64,000 nucleotides of DNA from Antedon mediterranea (Eukaryota; Animalia; Echinodermata). The DNA lies in assembly GCF_964355755.1 (NCBI RefSeq), contig NC_092679.1, positions 9,640,201-9,704,200 of the forward strand. The letters run 5' to 3'. The translations under genes were made by a program, and so were the position numbers. The first letter of the stretch is position 1. Each line of letters begins with the position of its first letter. Shown here one piece after another: positions 12,601 to 26,900 of the stretch. Under the pieces are notes generated by a model that saw only the letters and a program-made list of their open reading frames with translations, was not told the DNA's origin and ran no database searches.

Positions 12601-15600
12601 ATGTTTTTATGTTAACAAGTTTTTCGAAAATCACAAAATGGTCTAAAACGTCTCCAAATGCGATTTTAAGCTATTCTAAGCACTTTGGTGTTTTTATGTT
12701 GACAAGTTTTTTTGAAAATCACAAAATGGTCTAAAACGTCTCTAAATGCGATTTGAAGCTTTTCTGTACACTTTGATGTTTTTATGTTAACAACTTTTTT
12801 CGAAAATCACAAAATGGTCTAAAATGTCTCGAAATGCGATTTGAAGCTATTCTAAGCACTTTGGTGTTTTTATGTTAACAAGTTTTTTCGAAAATCACAA
12901 AATGGTCTAGAACATCTCCAAAAGCGATTTGAAGCTATTTTAGGCACTTTGGTGCTTTTGTGTAACCAAGTTTTTTCGAAAATCACGAAATGGTCTAAAA
13001 CGTCTCCAAATGCCATTTGAAGCTATTCTAAGCACTTTGGTGTTTTTACGTTAACAAGTTTTTTCGAAAATCACAAAATGGTCTAAAACGTCTCCAAATG
13101 CGATTTGAAGCTATTCTAAGCACTTTGGTGTTTTTATGTTAACAAGTTTTTTCGAAAATCACAAAATGGTCTAAAACGTCTCCAAATGCGATTTGAAGCT
13201 ATTCTGTACACTTTGATGTTTTTATGTTAACAAGTTTTTTCGAAAATCACAAAATGGTCTAAAACGTCTACAAATGCGATTTGAAGCTAATCTGTACACT
13301 TTGATGTTTTTATGTTAACAAGTTTTTTCGAAAATCACAAAATGGTCTAAAACGTTTCCAAATGCGATTTGAAGCTATTCTGTACACTTTGATGTTTTGT
13401 GTGAAAATTTTCTGTCGAAATGCTCAAAATGGTCAAAAACGTTTTTAAATACGATATTAAGCTACTTTGTGCTCTTTGATGTTTTTTGTGAAATGTTTTA
13501 TCGAAATGCTCAAAATGGTCTAAAACGGTTTCTAATGTGATTTCAAGCACTTTGATGTTTTTGTGTAACCAAGTTTTTCGAAAATCACAAAATTGTCTAA
13601 AACGTCTCCAAATGCGATTTGAAGCTTTTCTGTACACTTTGATGTTTTTATGTTAACAAGTTTTTCGAAAATCACAAAATGGTCTAAAACGTCTCCAAAT
13701 GCGATTTTAAGCTATTCTAAGCACTTTGGTGTTTTTATGTTAACAAGTTTTTTTGAAAATCTCAAAATGGTCTAAAACGTCTCTAAATGCGATTTGAAGC
13801 TTTTCTGTACACTTTGATGTTTTTATGTTAACAACTTTTTTCGAAAATTACAAAATGGTCTAAAATGTCTCCAAATGCGATTTGAAGCTATTCTAAGCAC
13901 TTTGGTGTTTTTATGGAAACAATTTTTTTCGAAAATCACAAAATGGTCTAAAACGTCTCCAATAGCGATTTGAAGCTTTTCTGTACACTTTGGTGTTTTT
14001 ATGTTAACAAGTTTTTTCGAAAATCACAAAATGGTCTAAAACGTTTCCAAATGCGATTTGAAGCTATTCTGTACACTTTGATGTTTTGTGTGAAAATTTT
14101 CTGTCGAAATGCTCAAAATGGTCATAAACGTTTTTAAATACGATATTAAGCTACTTTGTGCTCTTTGATGTTTTTGTGTGAAAAGTTTTATCGAAATGCT
14201 CAAAATGGTCTAAAACGGTTTCTAATGTGATTTCAAGCACTTTGATGTTTTTGTGTAACCAAGTTTTTCGAAAATCACAAAATTGTCTTAAACGTCTCCA
14301 AATGCGATTTGAAGCTATTCTGTACACTTTGATGTTTTTATGTTAACAAGTTTTTTCGAAAATCACAAAAGAGTCTAAAATATCTCGAAATGCGATTTGA
14401 AGCTATTCTAAGCACTTTGGTGTTTTTATGTTAACAAGTTTTTTCGAAATCACAAAATGGTCTAAAATGTCTCCAAATGCGATTTGAAGCTAATCTTAGC
14501 ACATTGGTGTTTTTATGTTAACAAGTTTTTTCGAAAATCACAAAATGGTCTAAAACGACTCCAAATGCGATTTGAAGCTATTTTGTATACTTTTGTGTTT
14601 TTATGTTAACAAGTTTTTTCGAAAATCACAAAATGGTCTAAAACGTCTCCAATAGCGATTTGAAGCTTTTCTGTACACTTTGGTGTTTTTATGTTAACAA
14701 ATTTTTTCGAAAATCACAAAATGGTCTAAAACGTCTCCAAATGCCATTTGAAGCTATTCTGTACACTTTGATGTTTTTATGTTAACAAGTTTTTTCGAAA
14801 ATCACAAAATGGTCTAAAACGTTTCCAAATGCGATTTGAAGCTATTCTGTACACTTTGATGTTTTGTGTGAACATTTTCTGTCGAAATGCTCAAAATGGT
14901 CAAAAACGTTTTTAAATACGATATTAAGCTACTTTGTGCTCTTTGATGTTTTTGTGTGAAATGTTTTATCGAAATGCTCAAAATGGTCTAAAACGGTTTC
15001 TAATGTGATTTCAAGCACTTTGATGTTTTTGTATAACCAAGTTTTTCGAAAATCACAAAATTGTCTAAAACGTCTCCAAATGCGATTTTAAGCTATTCTG
15101 TACACTTTGATGTTTTTGGGTTAACAAGTTTTTCGAAAATCACAAAATGGTCTAAAACGTCTCCAAATGCGATTTGAAGCTATTCTAAGCACTTTGGTGT
15201 TTTTATGTTAACAAGTTTTTCGAAAATCACAAAATTGTCTAAAACGTCTCCAAATGCGATTTGAAGCTATTCTGTACACTTTGATGTTTTTATGTTAACA
15301 AGTTTTTCGAAAATCACAAAATGGTCTAAAACGTCTCCAAATGCGATTTTAAGCTATTCTAAGCACTTTGGTGTTTTTATGTTAACAAGTTTTTTTGAAA
15401 ATCACAAAATGGTCTAAAACGTCTCTAAATGCGATTTGAAGCTTTTCTGTACACTTTGATGTTTTTATGTTAACAACTTTTTTCGAAAATCACAAAATGG
15501 TCTAAAATGTCTCCAAATGCGATTTGAAGCTATTCTAAGCACTTTGGTGTTTTTATGGAAACAATTTTTTTCGAAAATCACAAAATGGTCTAAAACGTCT

Positions 15601-18600
15601 CCAATAGCGATTTGAAGCTTTTCTTTACACTTTGGTGTTTTTATGTTAACAAGTTTTTTCGAAAATCACAAAATGGTCTAAAACGTCTCCAAATGCGATT
15701 TTAAGCTATTCTAAGCACTTTTGTGTTTTTATGTTAACAAGTTTTTTCGAAAATCACAAAATGGTCTAAAACGTCTCTAAATGCGATTTGAAGCTATTCT
15801 GTACACTTTGGTGTTTTTATGTTAACAAGTTTTTTCGAAAATCACAAAATGGTCTAAAACGTCTCCAAATGCGATTTCAAGCTATTCTGTACACTTTGCT
15901 GTTTTGTGTGAAAAATGTTTGTCGAAATCCTCAAAATGGTCAAAAACGTTTTTAAATACGATATTAAGCTATTTTGTGCTCTTTGATGTTTTTGTGTGAA
16001 AAGTTTTATCGAAATGCTCAAAATGGTCTAAAACGGTTTCTAATGTGATTTTAAGCACTTTGATGTTTTTATGTTAACAAGTTTTTTCGAAAATCACAAA
16101 ATGGTCTAAAACGTCTACAAATGCGATTTGAAGCTATTCTAAGCACTTTGGTGTTTTTATGTTAACAGTTTTTTCGAAAATCACAAAATGGTCTAAAACG
16201 TCTCCAAATGCGATTTGAAGCTATTCTGTACACTTTGATGTTTTTATGGTAACAAGTTTTTTAGAAAATCACAAAATGGTCTAAAACATCTCCAAATGCG
16301 ATTTAAAGCTATTTTAAGCACTTTTGTGTTTTTGTGTAACCAAGTTTTTTCGAAAATCACAAAAGGGTCTAAAATGTCTCTAAATGCGATTTGAAGCTAC
16401 TCTAAGCACTTTGGTGTTTTTATGTTAACAAGTTTTTTCGAAAATCACAAAATGGTCTAAAATGTCTCCAAATGCGATTTGAAGCTATTCTGTACACTTT
16501 GCTGTTTTGTGTGAAAAATGTTTGTTGAAATCCTCAAAATGGTCAAAAACGTTTTTAAATACGATATTAAGCTATTTTGTGCTCTTTGATGTTTTTGTGT
16601 GAAAAGTTTTATCGAAATACTCCAAAATGGTCTAAAACGGTTTCTAATGTGATTTTAAGCACTTTGATGTTTTTGTGTAACCAAGTTTTTTCGAAAATCA
16701 CAAAATGGTCTAAAATGTCTCCAAATGTGATTTGAAGCTATTCTAAGCACTTTGGTGTTTTTATGGAAACAATTTTTTTCGAAAATCACAAAATGGTCTA
16801 AAACGTCTCCAATAGCGATTTGAAGCTTTTCTGTACACTTTGGTGTTTTTATGTTAACAAGTTTTTTAGAAAATCACAAAATGGTCTAAAATGTCTCGAA
16901 ATGCGATTTGAAGCTATTCTAAGCACTTTGGTGTTTTTATGTTAACAAGTTTTTTCGAAAATCACAAAATGGTCTAGAACGTCTCAAAAAGCGATTTGAA
17001 GCTATTTTAAGCACTTTGGTGCTTTTGTGTAACCAAGTTTTTTCGAAAATCACGAAATGGTCTAAAACGTCTCCAAATGCGATTTGAAGCTATTCTAAGC
17101 ACTTTGGTGTTTTTACGTTAACAAGTTTTTTCGAAAATCACAAAATGGTCTAAAACGTCTAGAAATGCGATTTGAAGCTATTCTGTACACTTTGATGTTT
17201 TTATGTTAAGTTTTTTCGAAAATCACAAAATGGTCTAAAACGTCTCCAAATGCGATTTGAAGCTATTTTAAGCACTTTGGTGTTTTTATCTTAACAAGTT
17301 TTTTCGAAAATCACAAAATGGTCTAAAACGTCTGTAAATGCGATTTGAAGCTATTCTAAGCACTTTGGTGTTTTTATGTTAACAAGTTTTTTCAAAAATC
17401 ACAAAACGGTCTAAAACGTCTCCAAATGCGATTTGAAGCTATTCTGTACACTTTGATGTTTTTATGTTAACAAGTTTTTTCAAAAATCACAAAATGGTCT
17501 AAAACGTTTCCAAATGCGATTTGAAGTTATTCTGTACACTTTGATGTTTTGTGTGAAAATTTTCTGTCGAAATGCTCAAAATGGTCAAAAACGTTTTTAA
17601 ATACGATATTAAGCTACTTTGTGCTCTTTGATGTTTTTGTGTGAAAAGTTTTATCGAAATGCTCAAAATGGTCTAAAACGGTTTCTAATGTGATTTCAAG
17701 CACTTTGATGTTTTTGTGTAACCAAGTTTTTCGAAAATCACAAAATTGTCTAAAACGTCTCCAAATGCGATTTGAAGCTATTCTGTACACTTTGATGTTT
17801 TTATGTTAACAAGTTTTTTCGAAAATCACAAAAGAGTCTAAAATATCTCGAAATGCGATTTGAAGCTATTCTAAGCACTTTGGTGTTTTTATGTTAACAA
17901 GTTTTTTCGAAATCACAAAATGGTCTAAAATGTCTCCAAATGCGATTTAAAGCTAATCTTAGCACATTGGTGTTTTTATGTTAACAAATTTTTTCGAAAA
18001 TCACAAAATGGTCTAAAACGACTCCAAATGCGATTTGAAGCTATTCTGTATACTTTGGTGTTTTTATGTTAACAAGTTTTTTCGAAAATCACAAAATGGT
18101 CTAAAACGTCTCCAAATGCGATTTGAAGCTATTCTAAGCACTTTGGTGTTTTTATGTTAACAAGTTTTTTCGAAAATCACAAAATGGTCTAAAACGTCTC
18201 CAAATGCGATTTGAAGCTATTCTGTACACTTTGATGTTTTTATGTTAAAAAGTTTTTTCGAAAATCACAAAATGGTCTAAAACGTTTCCAAATGCGATTT
18301 GAAGCTATTCTGTACACTTGGATGTTTTGTGTGAAAATTTTCTGTCGAAATGCTCAAAATGGTCATAAACGTTTTTAAATACGATATTAAGCTACTTTGT
18401 GCTCTTTGATGTTTTTGTGTGAAAAGTTTTATCGAAATGCTCAAAATGGTCTAAAACGGTTTCTAATGTGATTTCAAGCACTTTGATGTTTTTGTGTAAC
18501 CAAGTTTTTCGAAAATCACAAAATTGTCTAAAACGTCTCCAAATGCGATTTGAAGCTATTCTGTACACTTTGATGTTTTTATGTTAACAAGTTTTTTAGA

Positions 18601-21600
18601 AAATCACAAAATGGTCTAAAATGTCTCAAAATGCGATTTGAAGCTATTCTAAGCACTTTGGTGTTTTTATGTTAACAAGTTTTTTCGAAAATCACAAAAT
18701 GGTCTAGAACGTCTCAAAAAGCGATTTGAAGCTATTTTAAGCACTTTGGTGCTTTTGTGTAACCAAGTTTTTTCGAAAATCACGAAATGGTCTAAAACGT
18801 CTCCAAATGCCATTTGAAGCTATTCTAAGCACTTTGGTGTTTTTACGTTAACAAGTTTTTTCGAAAATCACAAAATGGTCTAAAACGTCTAGAAATGCGA
18901 TTTGAAGCTATTCTGTACACTTTGATGTTTTTATGTTAAGTTTTTTCGAAAATCACAAAATGGTCTAAAACGTCTCCAAATGCGATTTGAAGCTATTCTA
19001 AGCACTTTGGTGTTTTTATGTTAACAAGTTTTTTCAAAAATCACAAAACGGTCTAAAACGTCTCCAAATGCGATTTGAAGCTATTCTGTACACTTTGATG
19101 TTTTTATGTTAACAAGTTTTTTCAAAAATCGCAAAATGGTCTAAAACGTTTCCAAATGCGATTTGAAGTTATTCTGTACACTTTGATGTTTTGTGTGAAA
19201 ATTTTCTGTCGAAATGCTCAAAATGGTCAAAAACGTTTTTAAATACGATATTAAGCTACTTTGTGCTCTTTGATGTTTTTGTGTGAAAAGTTTTATCGAA
19301 ATGCTCAAAATGGTCTAAAACGGTTTCTAATGTGATTTCAAGCACTTTGATGTTTTTGTGTAACCAAGTTTTTCTAAAATCACAAAATTGTCTAAAACGT
19401 CTCCAAATGCGATTTGAAGCTATTCTGTACACTTTGATGTTTTTATGTTAACAAGTTTTTTCGAAAATCACAAAAGAGTCTAAAATATCTCGAAATGCGA
19501 TTTGAAGCTATTCTAAGCACTTTGGTGTTTTTATGTTAACAAGTTTTTTCGAAATCACAAAATGGTCTAAAATGTCTCCAAATGCGATTTGAAGCTAATC
19601 TTAGCACATTGGTGTTTTTATGTTAACAAGTTTTTTCGAAAATCACAAAATGGTCTAAAACGACTCCAAATGCGATTTGAAGCTATTCTGTATACTTTGG
19701 TGTTTTTATGTTAACAAGTTTTTTCGAAAATCACAAAATGGTCTAAAACGTCTCCAAATGCGATTTGAAGCTATTCTAAGCACTTTGGTGTTTTTATGTT
19801 AACAAGTTTTTTCGAAAATCACAAAATGGTCTAAAACGTCTCCAAATGCGATTTGAAGCTATTCTGTACACTTTGATGTTTTTATGTTAAAAAGTTTTTT
19901 CGAAAATCACAAAATGGTCTAAAACGTTTCCAAATGCGATTTGAAGCTATTCTGTACACTTTGATGTTTTGTGTGAACATTTTCTGTCGAAATGCTCAAA
20001 ATGGTCATAAACGTTTTTAAATACGATATTAAGCTACTTTGTGCTCTTTGATGTTTTTGTGTGAAAAGTTTTATCGAAATGCTCAAAATGGTCTAAAACG
20101 GTTTCTAATGTGATTTCAAGCACTTTGATGTTTTTGTATAACCAAGTTTTTCGAAAATCACAAAATTGTCTAAAACGTCTCCAAATGCGATTTGAAGCTA
20201 TTCTGTACACTTTGATGTTTTTGTGTAACCAAGTTTTTCGAAAATCACAAAATGGTCTAAAACGTCTCCAAAAGCGATTTGAAGCTATTCTGTACACTTT
20301 GATGTTTTTATGTTAACAAGTTTTTTCGAAAATCACAAAAGAGTCTAAAATATCTGGAAATGCGATTTGAAGCTATTCTAAGCACTTTGGTGTTTTTATG
20401 TTAACAAGTTTTTTCGAAATCACAAAATGGTCTAAAATGTCTCCAAATGCGATTTGAAGCTAATCTTAGCACATTGGTGTTTTTATGTTAACAAGTTTTT
20501 TCGAAAATCACAAAATGGTCTAAAACGACTCCAAATGCGATTTGAAGCTATTCTGTATACTTTGGTGTTTTTATGTTAACAAGTTTTTTCGAAAATCACA
20601 AAATGGTCTAAAACGTCTCCAAATGCGATTTGAAGCTATTCTAAGCACTTTGGTGTTTTTATGTTAACAAGTTTTTTCGAAAATCACAAAATGGTCTAAA
20701 TCGTCTCCAAATGCGATTTGAAGCTATTCTGTACACTTTGATGTTTTTATGTTAACAAGTTTTTTCGAAAATCACAAAAGAGTCTAAAATATCTCGAAAT
20801 GCGATTTGAAGCTAATCTTAGCACATTGGTGTTTTTATGTTAACAAGTTTTTTCGAAAATCACAAAATGGTCTAAAACGACTCCAAATGCGATTTGAAGC
20901 TATTCTGTATACTTTGGTGTTTTTATGTTAACAAGTTTTTTCGAAAATCACAAAATGGTCTAAAACGTCTCCAAATGCGATTTGAAGCTATTCTAAGCAC
21001 TTTGGTGTTTTTATGTTAACAAGTTTTTTCGAAAATCACAAAATGGTCTAAAACGTCTCCAATAGCGATTTGAAGCTTTTCTGTACACTTTGGTGTTTTT
21101 ATGTTAACAAGTTTTTTCGAAAATCACAAAATGGTCTAAAACGTCTCCAAATGCGATTTGAAGCTATTCTGTACACTTTGATGTTTTTATGTTAACAAGT
21201 TTTTTCGAAAATCACAAAATGGTCTAAAACGTTTCCAAATGCGATTTGAAGCTATTCTGTACACTTTGATGTTTTGTGTGAACATTTTCTGTCGAAATGC
21301 TCAAAATGGTCAAAAACGTTTTTAAATACGATATTAAGCTACTTTGTGCTCTTTGATGTTTTTGTGTGAAATGTTTTATCGAAATGCTCAAAATGGTCTA
21401 AAACGGTTTCTAATGTGATTTCAAGCACTTTGATGTTTTTGTATAACCAAGTTTTTCGAAAATCACAAAATTGTCTAAAACGTCTCCAAATGCGATTTGA
21501 AGCTATTCTGTACACTTTGATGTTTTTGTGTTAACAAGTTTTTTCGAAAATCACAAAATGGTCTAAAACGTCTAGAAATGCGATTTGAAGCTATTCTGTA

Positions 21601-23974
21601 CACTTTGATGTTTTTATGTTAAGTTTTTTCGAAAATCACAAAATGGTCTAAAACTTTTCCAAATGCGATTTGAAACTATTCTGTACACTTTGATGTTTTG
21701 TGTGAAAATTTTCTGTCGAAATGCTCAAAATGGTCAAAAACGTTTTTAAATACGATATTAAGCTACTTTGTGCTCTTTGATGTTTTTGTCTGAAATGTTT
21801 TATCGAAATGCTCAAAATGGTCTAAAACGGTTTCTAATGTGATTTCAAGCACTTTGATGTTTTTGTGTAACCAAGTTTTTCGAAAAACACAAAATTGTCT
21901 AAAACGTCTCCAAATGCGATTTGAAGCTATTCTGTACACTTTGATGTTTTTATGTTAACAAGTTTTTCGAAAATCACAAAATGGTCTAAAACGTCTCCAA
22001 ATGCGATTTTAAGCTATTCTAAGCACTTTGGTGTTTTTATGTTAACAAGTTTTTTTGAAAATCACAAAATGGTCTAAAACGTCTCTAAATGCGATTTGAA
22101 GCTTTTCTGTACACTTTGATGTTTTTATGTTAACAACTTTTTTCGAAAATCACAAAATGGTCTAAAATGTCTCCAAATGCGATTTGAAGCTATTTTAAGC
22201 ACTTTGGTGTTTTTATGGAAACAATTTTTTTCGAAAATCACAAAATGCTCTAAAACGTCTCCAATAGCGATTTGAAGCTTTTCTGTACACTTTGGTGTTT
22301 TTATGTTAACAAGTTTTTTCGAAAATCACAAAATGGTCTAAAACGTCTCCAAATGCGATTTGAAGCTATTCTGTACACTTTGATGTTTTTATGTTAACAA
22401 GTTTTTTAGAAAATCACAAAATGGTCTAAAATGTCTCGAAATGCGATTTGAAGCTATTCTAAGCACTTTGGTGTTTTTATGTTAACAAGTTTTTTCGAAA
22501 ATCACAAAATGGTCTAGAACATCTCCAAAAGCGATTTGAAGCTATTTTAGGCACTTTGGTGCTTTTGTGTAACCAAGTTTTTTCGAAAATCACGAAATGG
22601 TCTAAAACGTCTCCAAATGCGATTTGAAGCTATTCTAAGCACTTTGGTGTTTTTACGTTAACAAGTTTTTTCGAAAATCACAAAATGGTCTAAAACGTCT
22701 CCAAATGCGATTTGAAGCTATTCTAAGCACTTTGGTGTTTTTATGTTAACAAGTTTTTTTGAAAATCACAAAATGGTCTAAAACGTCTCCAAATGCGATT
22801 TGAAGCTATTTAAAGCACTTTGGTGTTTTTGTATTAACAAGTTTTTTCGAAAATCACAAAAGGGTCTAAAATGTCTAAACATGCGATTTGAAGCTATTCT
22901 AAGCACTTTTGTGTTTTTATGTTAACAAGTTTTTTCGAAAATCACAAAATGGTCTAAAACGTTTCCAAATGCGATTTGAAGCTATTCTGTACACTTTGAT
23001 GTTTTGTGTGAAAATTTTCTGTCGAAATGCTCAAAATGGTCAAAAACGTTTTTAAATACGATATTAAGCTACTTTGTGCTCTTTGATGTTTTTTGTGAAA
23101 TGTTTTATCGAAATGCTCAAAATGGTCTAAAACGGTTTCTAATGTGATTTCAAGCACTTTGATGTTTTTGTGTAACCAAGTTTTTCGAAAATCACAAAAT
23201 TGTCTAAAACGTCTCCAAATGCGATTTGAAGCTTTTCTGTACACTTTGATGTTTTTATGTTAACAAGTTTTTCGAAAATCACAAAATGGTCTAAAACGTC
23301 TCCAAATGCGATTTTAAGCTATTCTAAGCACTTTGGTGTTTTTATGTTAACAAGTTTTTTTGAAAATCACAAAATGGTCTAAAACGTCTCTAAATGCGAT
23401 TTGTAGCTTTTCTGTACACTTTGATGTTTTTATGTTAACAACTTTTTTCGAAAATCACAAAATGGTCTAAAATGTCTCCAAATGCGATTTAAAGCTATTC
23501 TAAGCACTTTGGTGTTTTTATGGAAACAATTTTTTTCGAAAATCACAAAATGGTCTAAAACGTCTCCAATAGCGATTTGAAGCTTTTCTGTACACTTTGG
23601 TGTTTTTATGTTAACAAGTTTTTTCGAAAATCACAAAATGGTCTAAAACGTCTCCAAATGCGATTTGAAGCTATTTTAAGCACTTTGGTGTTTTTATGTT
23701 AACAAGTTTTTTCGAAAATCACAAAATGGTCTAAAACGTCTCCAAATGCGATTTGAAGCTATTCTAAGCACTTTGGTGTTTTTATGGAAACAATTTTTTT
23801 CGAAAATCACAAAACGGTCTAAAACGTCTCCAAATGCGATTTGAAGCTATTCTGTACACTTTGATGTTTTTATGTTAACAAGTTTTTTCAAAAATCACAA
23901 AATGGTTTAAAACGTTTCCAAATGCGATTTGAAGCTATTCTGTACACTTTGATGTTTTGTGTGAAAATTTTCGG

Positions 23975-26900
23975 TCGAAATGCTCAAAATGGTCAAAAAC
24001 GTTTTTAAATACGATATTAAGCTACTTTGTGCTCTTTGATGTTTTTGTGTGAAAAGTTTTATCGAAATGCTCAAAATGGTCTAAAATGGTTTCTAATGTG
24101 ATTTCAAGCACTTTGATGTTTTTGTGTAACCAAGTTTTTCGAAAATCACAAAATTGTCTAAAACGTCTCCAAATGCGATTTGAAGCTATTCTGTACACTT
24201 TGATGTTTTTATGTTAACAAGTTTTTTCGAAAATCACAAAAGAGTCTAAAATATCTCGAAATGCGATTTGAAGCTATTCTAAGCACTTTGGTGTTTTTAT
24301 GTTAACAAGTTTTTTCGAAATCACAAAATGGTCTAAAATGTCTCCAAATGCGATTTGAAGCTAATCTTAGCACATTGGTGTTTTTATGTTAACAAGTTTT
24401 TTCGAAAATCACAAAATGGTCTAAAACGACTCCAAATGCGATTTGAAGCTATTCTGTATACTTTGGTGTTTTTATGTTAACAAGTTTTTTCGAAAATCAC
24501 AAAATGGTCTAAAACGTCTCCAAATGCGATTTGAAGCTATTCTAAGCACTTTGGTGTTTTTATGTTAACAAGTTTTTTCGAAAATCACAAAATGGTCTAA
24601 AACGTCTCCAAATGCGATTTGAAGCTATTCTGTACACTTTGATGTTTTTATGTTAAAAAGTTTTTTCGAAAATCACAAAATGGTCTAAAACGTTTCCGAA
24701 TGCGATTTGAAGCTATTCTGTACACTTTGATGTTTTGTGTGAAAATTTTCTGTCGAAATGCTCAAAATGGTCATAAACGTTTTTAAATACGATATTAAGC
24801 TACTTTGTGCTCTTTGATGTTTTTGTGTGAAAAGTTTTATCGAAATGCTCAAAATGGTCTAAAACGGTTTCTAATGTGATTTCAAGCACTTTGATGTTTT
24901 TGTGTAACCAAGTTTTTCGAAAATCACAAAATTGTCTAAAACGTCTCCAAATGCGATTTGAAGCTATTCTGTACACTTTGATGTTTTTATGTTAACAAGT
25001 TTTTTCGAAAATCACAAAAGAGTCTAAAATATCTCGAAATGCGATTTGAAGCTATTCTAAGCACTTTAGTGTTTTTATGTTAACAAGTTTTTTCGAAATC
25101 ACAAAATGGTCTAAAATGTCTCCAAATGCGATTTGAAGCTAATCTTAGCACATTGGTGTTTTTATGTTAACAAGTTTTTTCGAAAATCACAAAATGGTCT
25201 AAAACGACTCCAAATGCGATTTGAAGCTATTTTGTATACTTTTGTGTTTTTATGTTAACAAGTTTTTTCGAAAATCACAAAATGGTCTAAAACGTCTCCA
25301 ATAGCGATTTGAAGCTTTTCTGTACACTTTGGTGTTTTTATGTTAACAAGTTTTTTCGAAAATCACAAAATGGTCTAAAACGTCTCCAAATGTGATTTGA
25401 AGCTATTCTGTACACTTTGATGTTTTTATGTTAACAAGTTTTTTCGAAAATCACAAAATGGTCTAAAACGTTTCCAAATGCGATTTGAAGCTATTCTGTA
25501 CACTTTGATGTTTTGTGTGAACATTTTCTGTCGAAATGCTCAAAATGGTCAAAAACGTTTTTAAATACGATATTAAGCTACTTTGTGCTCTTTGATGTTT
25601 TTGTGTGAAATGTTTTATCGAAATGCTCAAAATGGTCTAAAACGGTTTCTAATGTGATTTCAAGCACTTTGATGTTTTTGTATAACCAAGTTTTTCGAAA
25701 ATCACAAAATTGTTTAAAACGTCCCCAAATGCGATTTGAAGCTATTCTGTACACTTTGATGTTTTTGGGTTAACAAGTTTTTCGAAAATCACAAAATGGT
25801 CTAAAACGTCTCCAAATGCGATTTTAAGCTATTCTAAGCACTTTGGTGTTTTTATGTTAACAAGTTTTTCGAAAATCACAAAATTGTCTAAAACGTCTCC
25901 AAATGCGATTTGAAGCTATTCTGTACACTTTGATGTTTTTATGTTAACAAGTTTTTCGAAAATCACAAAATGGTCTAAAACGTCTCCAAATGCGATTTTA
26001 AACTATTCTAAGCACTTTGGTGTTTTTATGTTAACAAGTTTTTTCGAAAATCACAAAATGGTCTAAATCGTCTCCAAATGCGATTTGAAGCTATTCTGTA
26101 CACTTTGATGTTTTTATGTTAACAAGTTTTTTCGAAAATCACAAAAGAGTCTAAAATATCTCGAAATGCGATTTGAAGCTAATCTTAGCACATTGGTGTT
26201 TTTATGTTAACAAGTTTTTTCGAAAATCACAAAATGGTCTAAAACGACTCCAAATGCGATTTGAAGCTATTCTGTATACTTTGGTGTTTTTATGTTAACA
26301 AGTTTTTTCGAAAATCACAAAATGGTCTAAAACGTCTCCAAATGCGATTTGAAGCTATTCTAAGCACTTTGGTGTTTTTATGTTAACAAGTTTTTTCGAA
26401 AATCACAAAATGGTCTAAAACGTCTCCAATAGCGATTTGAAGCTTTTCTGTACACTTTGGTGTTTTTATGTTAACAAGTTTTTTCGAAAATCACAAAATG
26501 GTCTAAAACGTCTCCAAATGCGATTTGAAGCTATTCTGTACACTTTGATGTTTTTATGTTAACAAGTTTTTTCGAAAATCACAAAATGGTCTAAAACGTT
26601 TCCAAATGCGATTTGAAGCTATTCTGTACACTTTGATGTTTTGTGTGAACATTTTCTGTCGAAATGCTCAAAATGGTCAAAAACGTTTTTAAATACGATA
26701 TTAAGCTACTTTGTGCTCTTTGATGTTTTTGTGTGAAAAGTTTTATCGAAATGCTCAAAATGGTCTAAAATGGTTTCTAATGTGATTTCAAGCACTTTGA
26801 TGTTTTTGTGTAACCAAGTTTTTCGAAAATCACAAAATTGTCTAAAACGTCTCCAAATGCGATTTGAAGCTATTCTGTACACTTTGATGTTTTTATGTTA

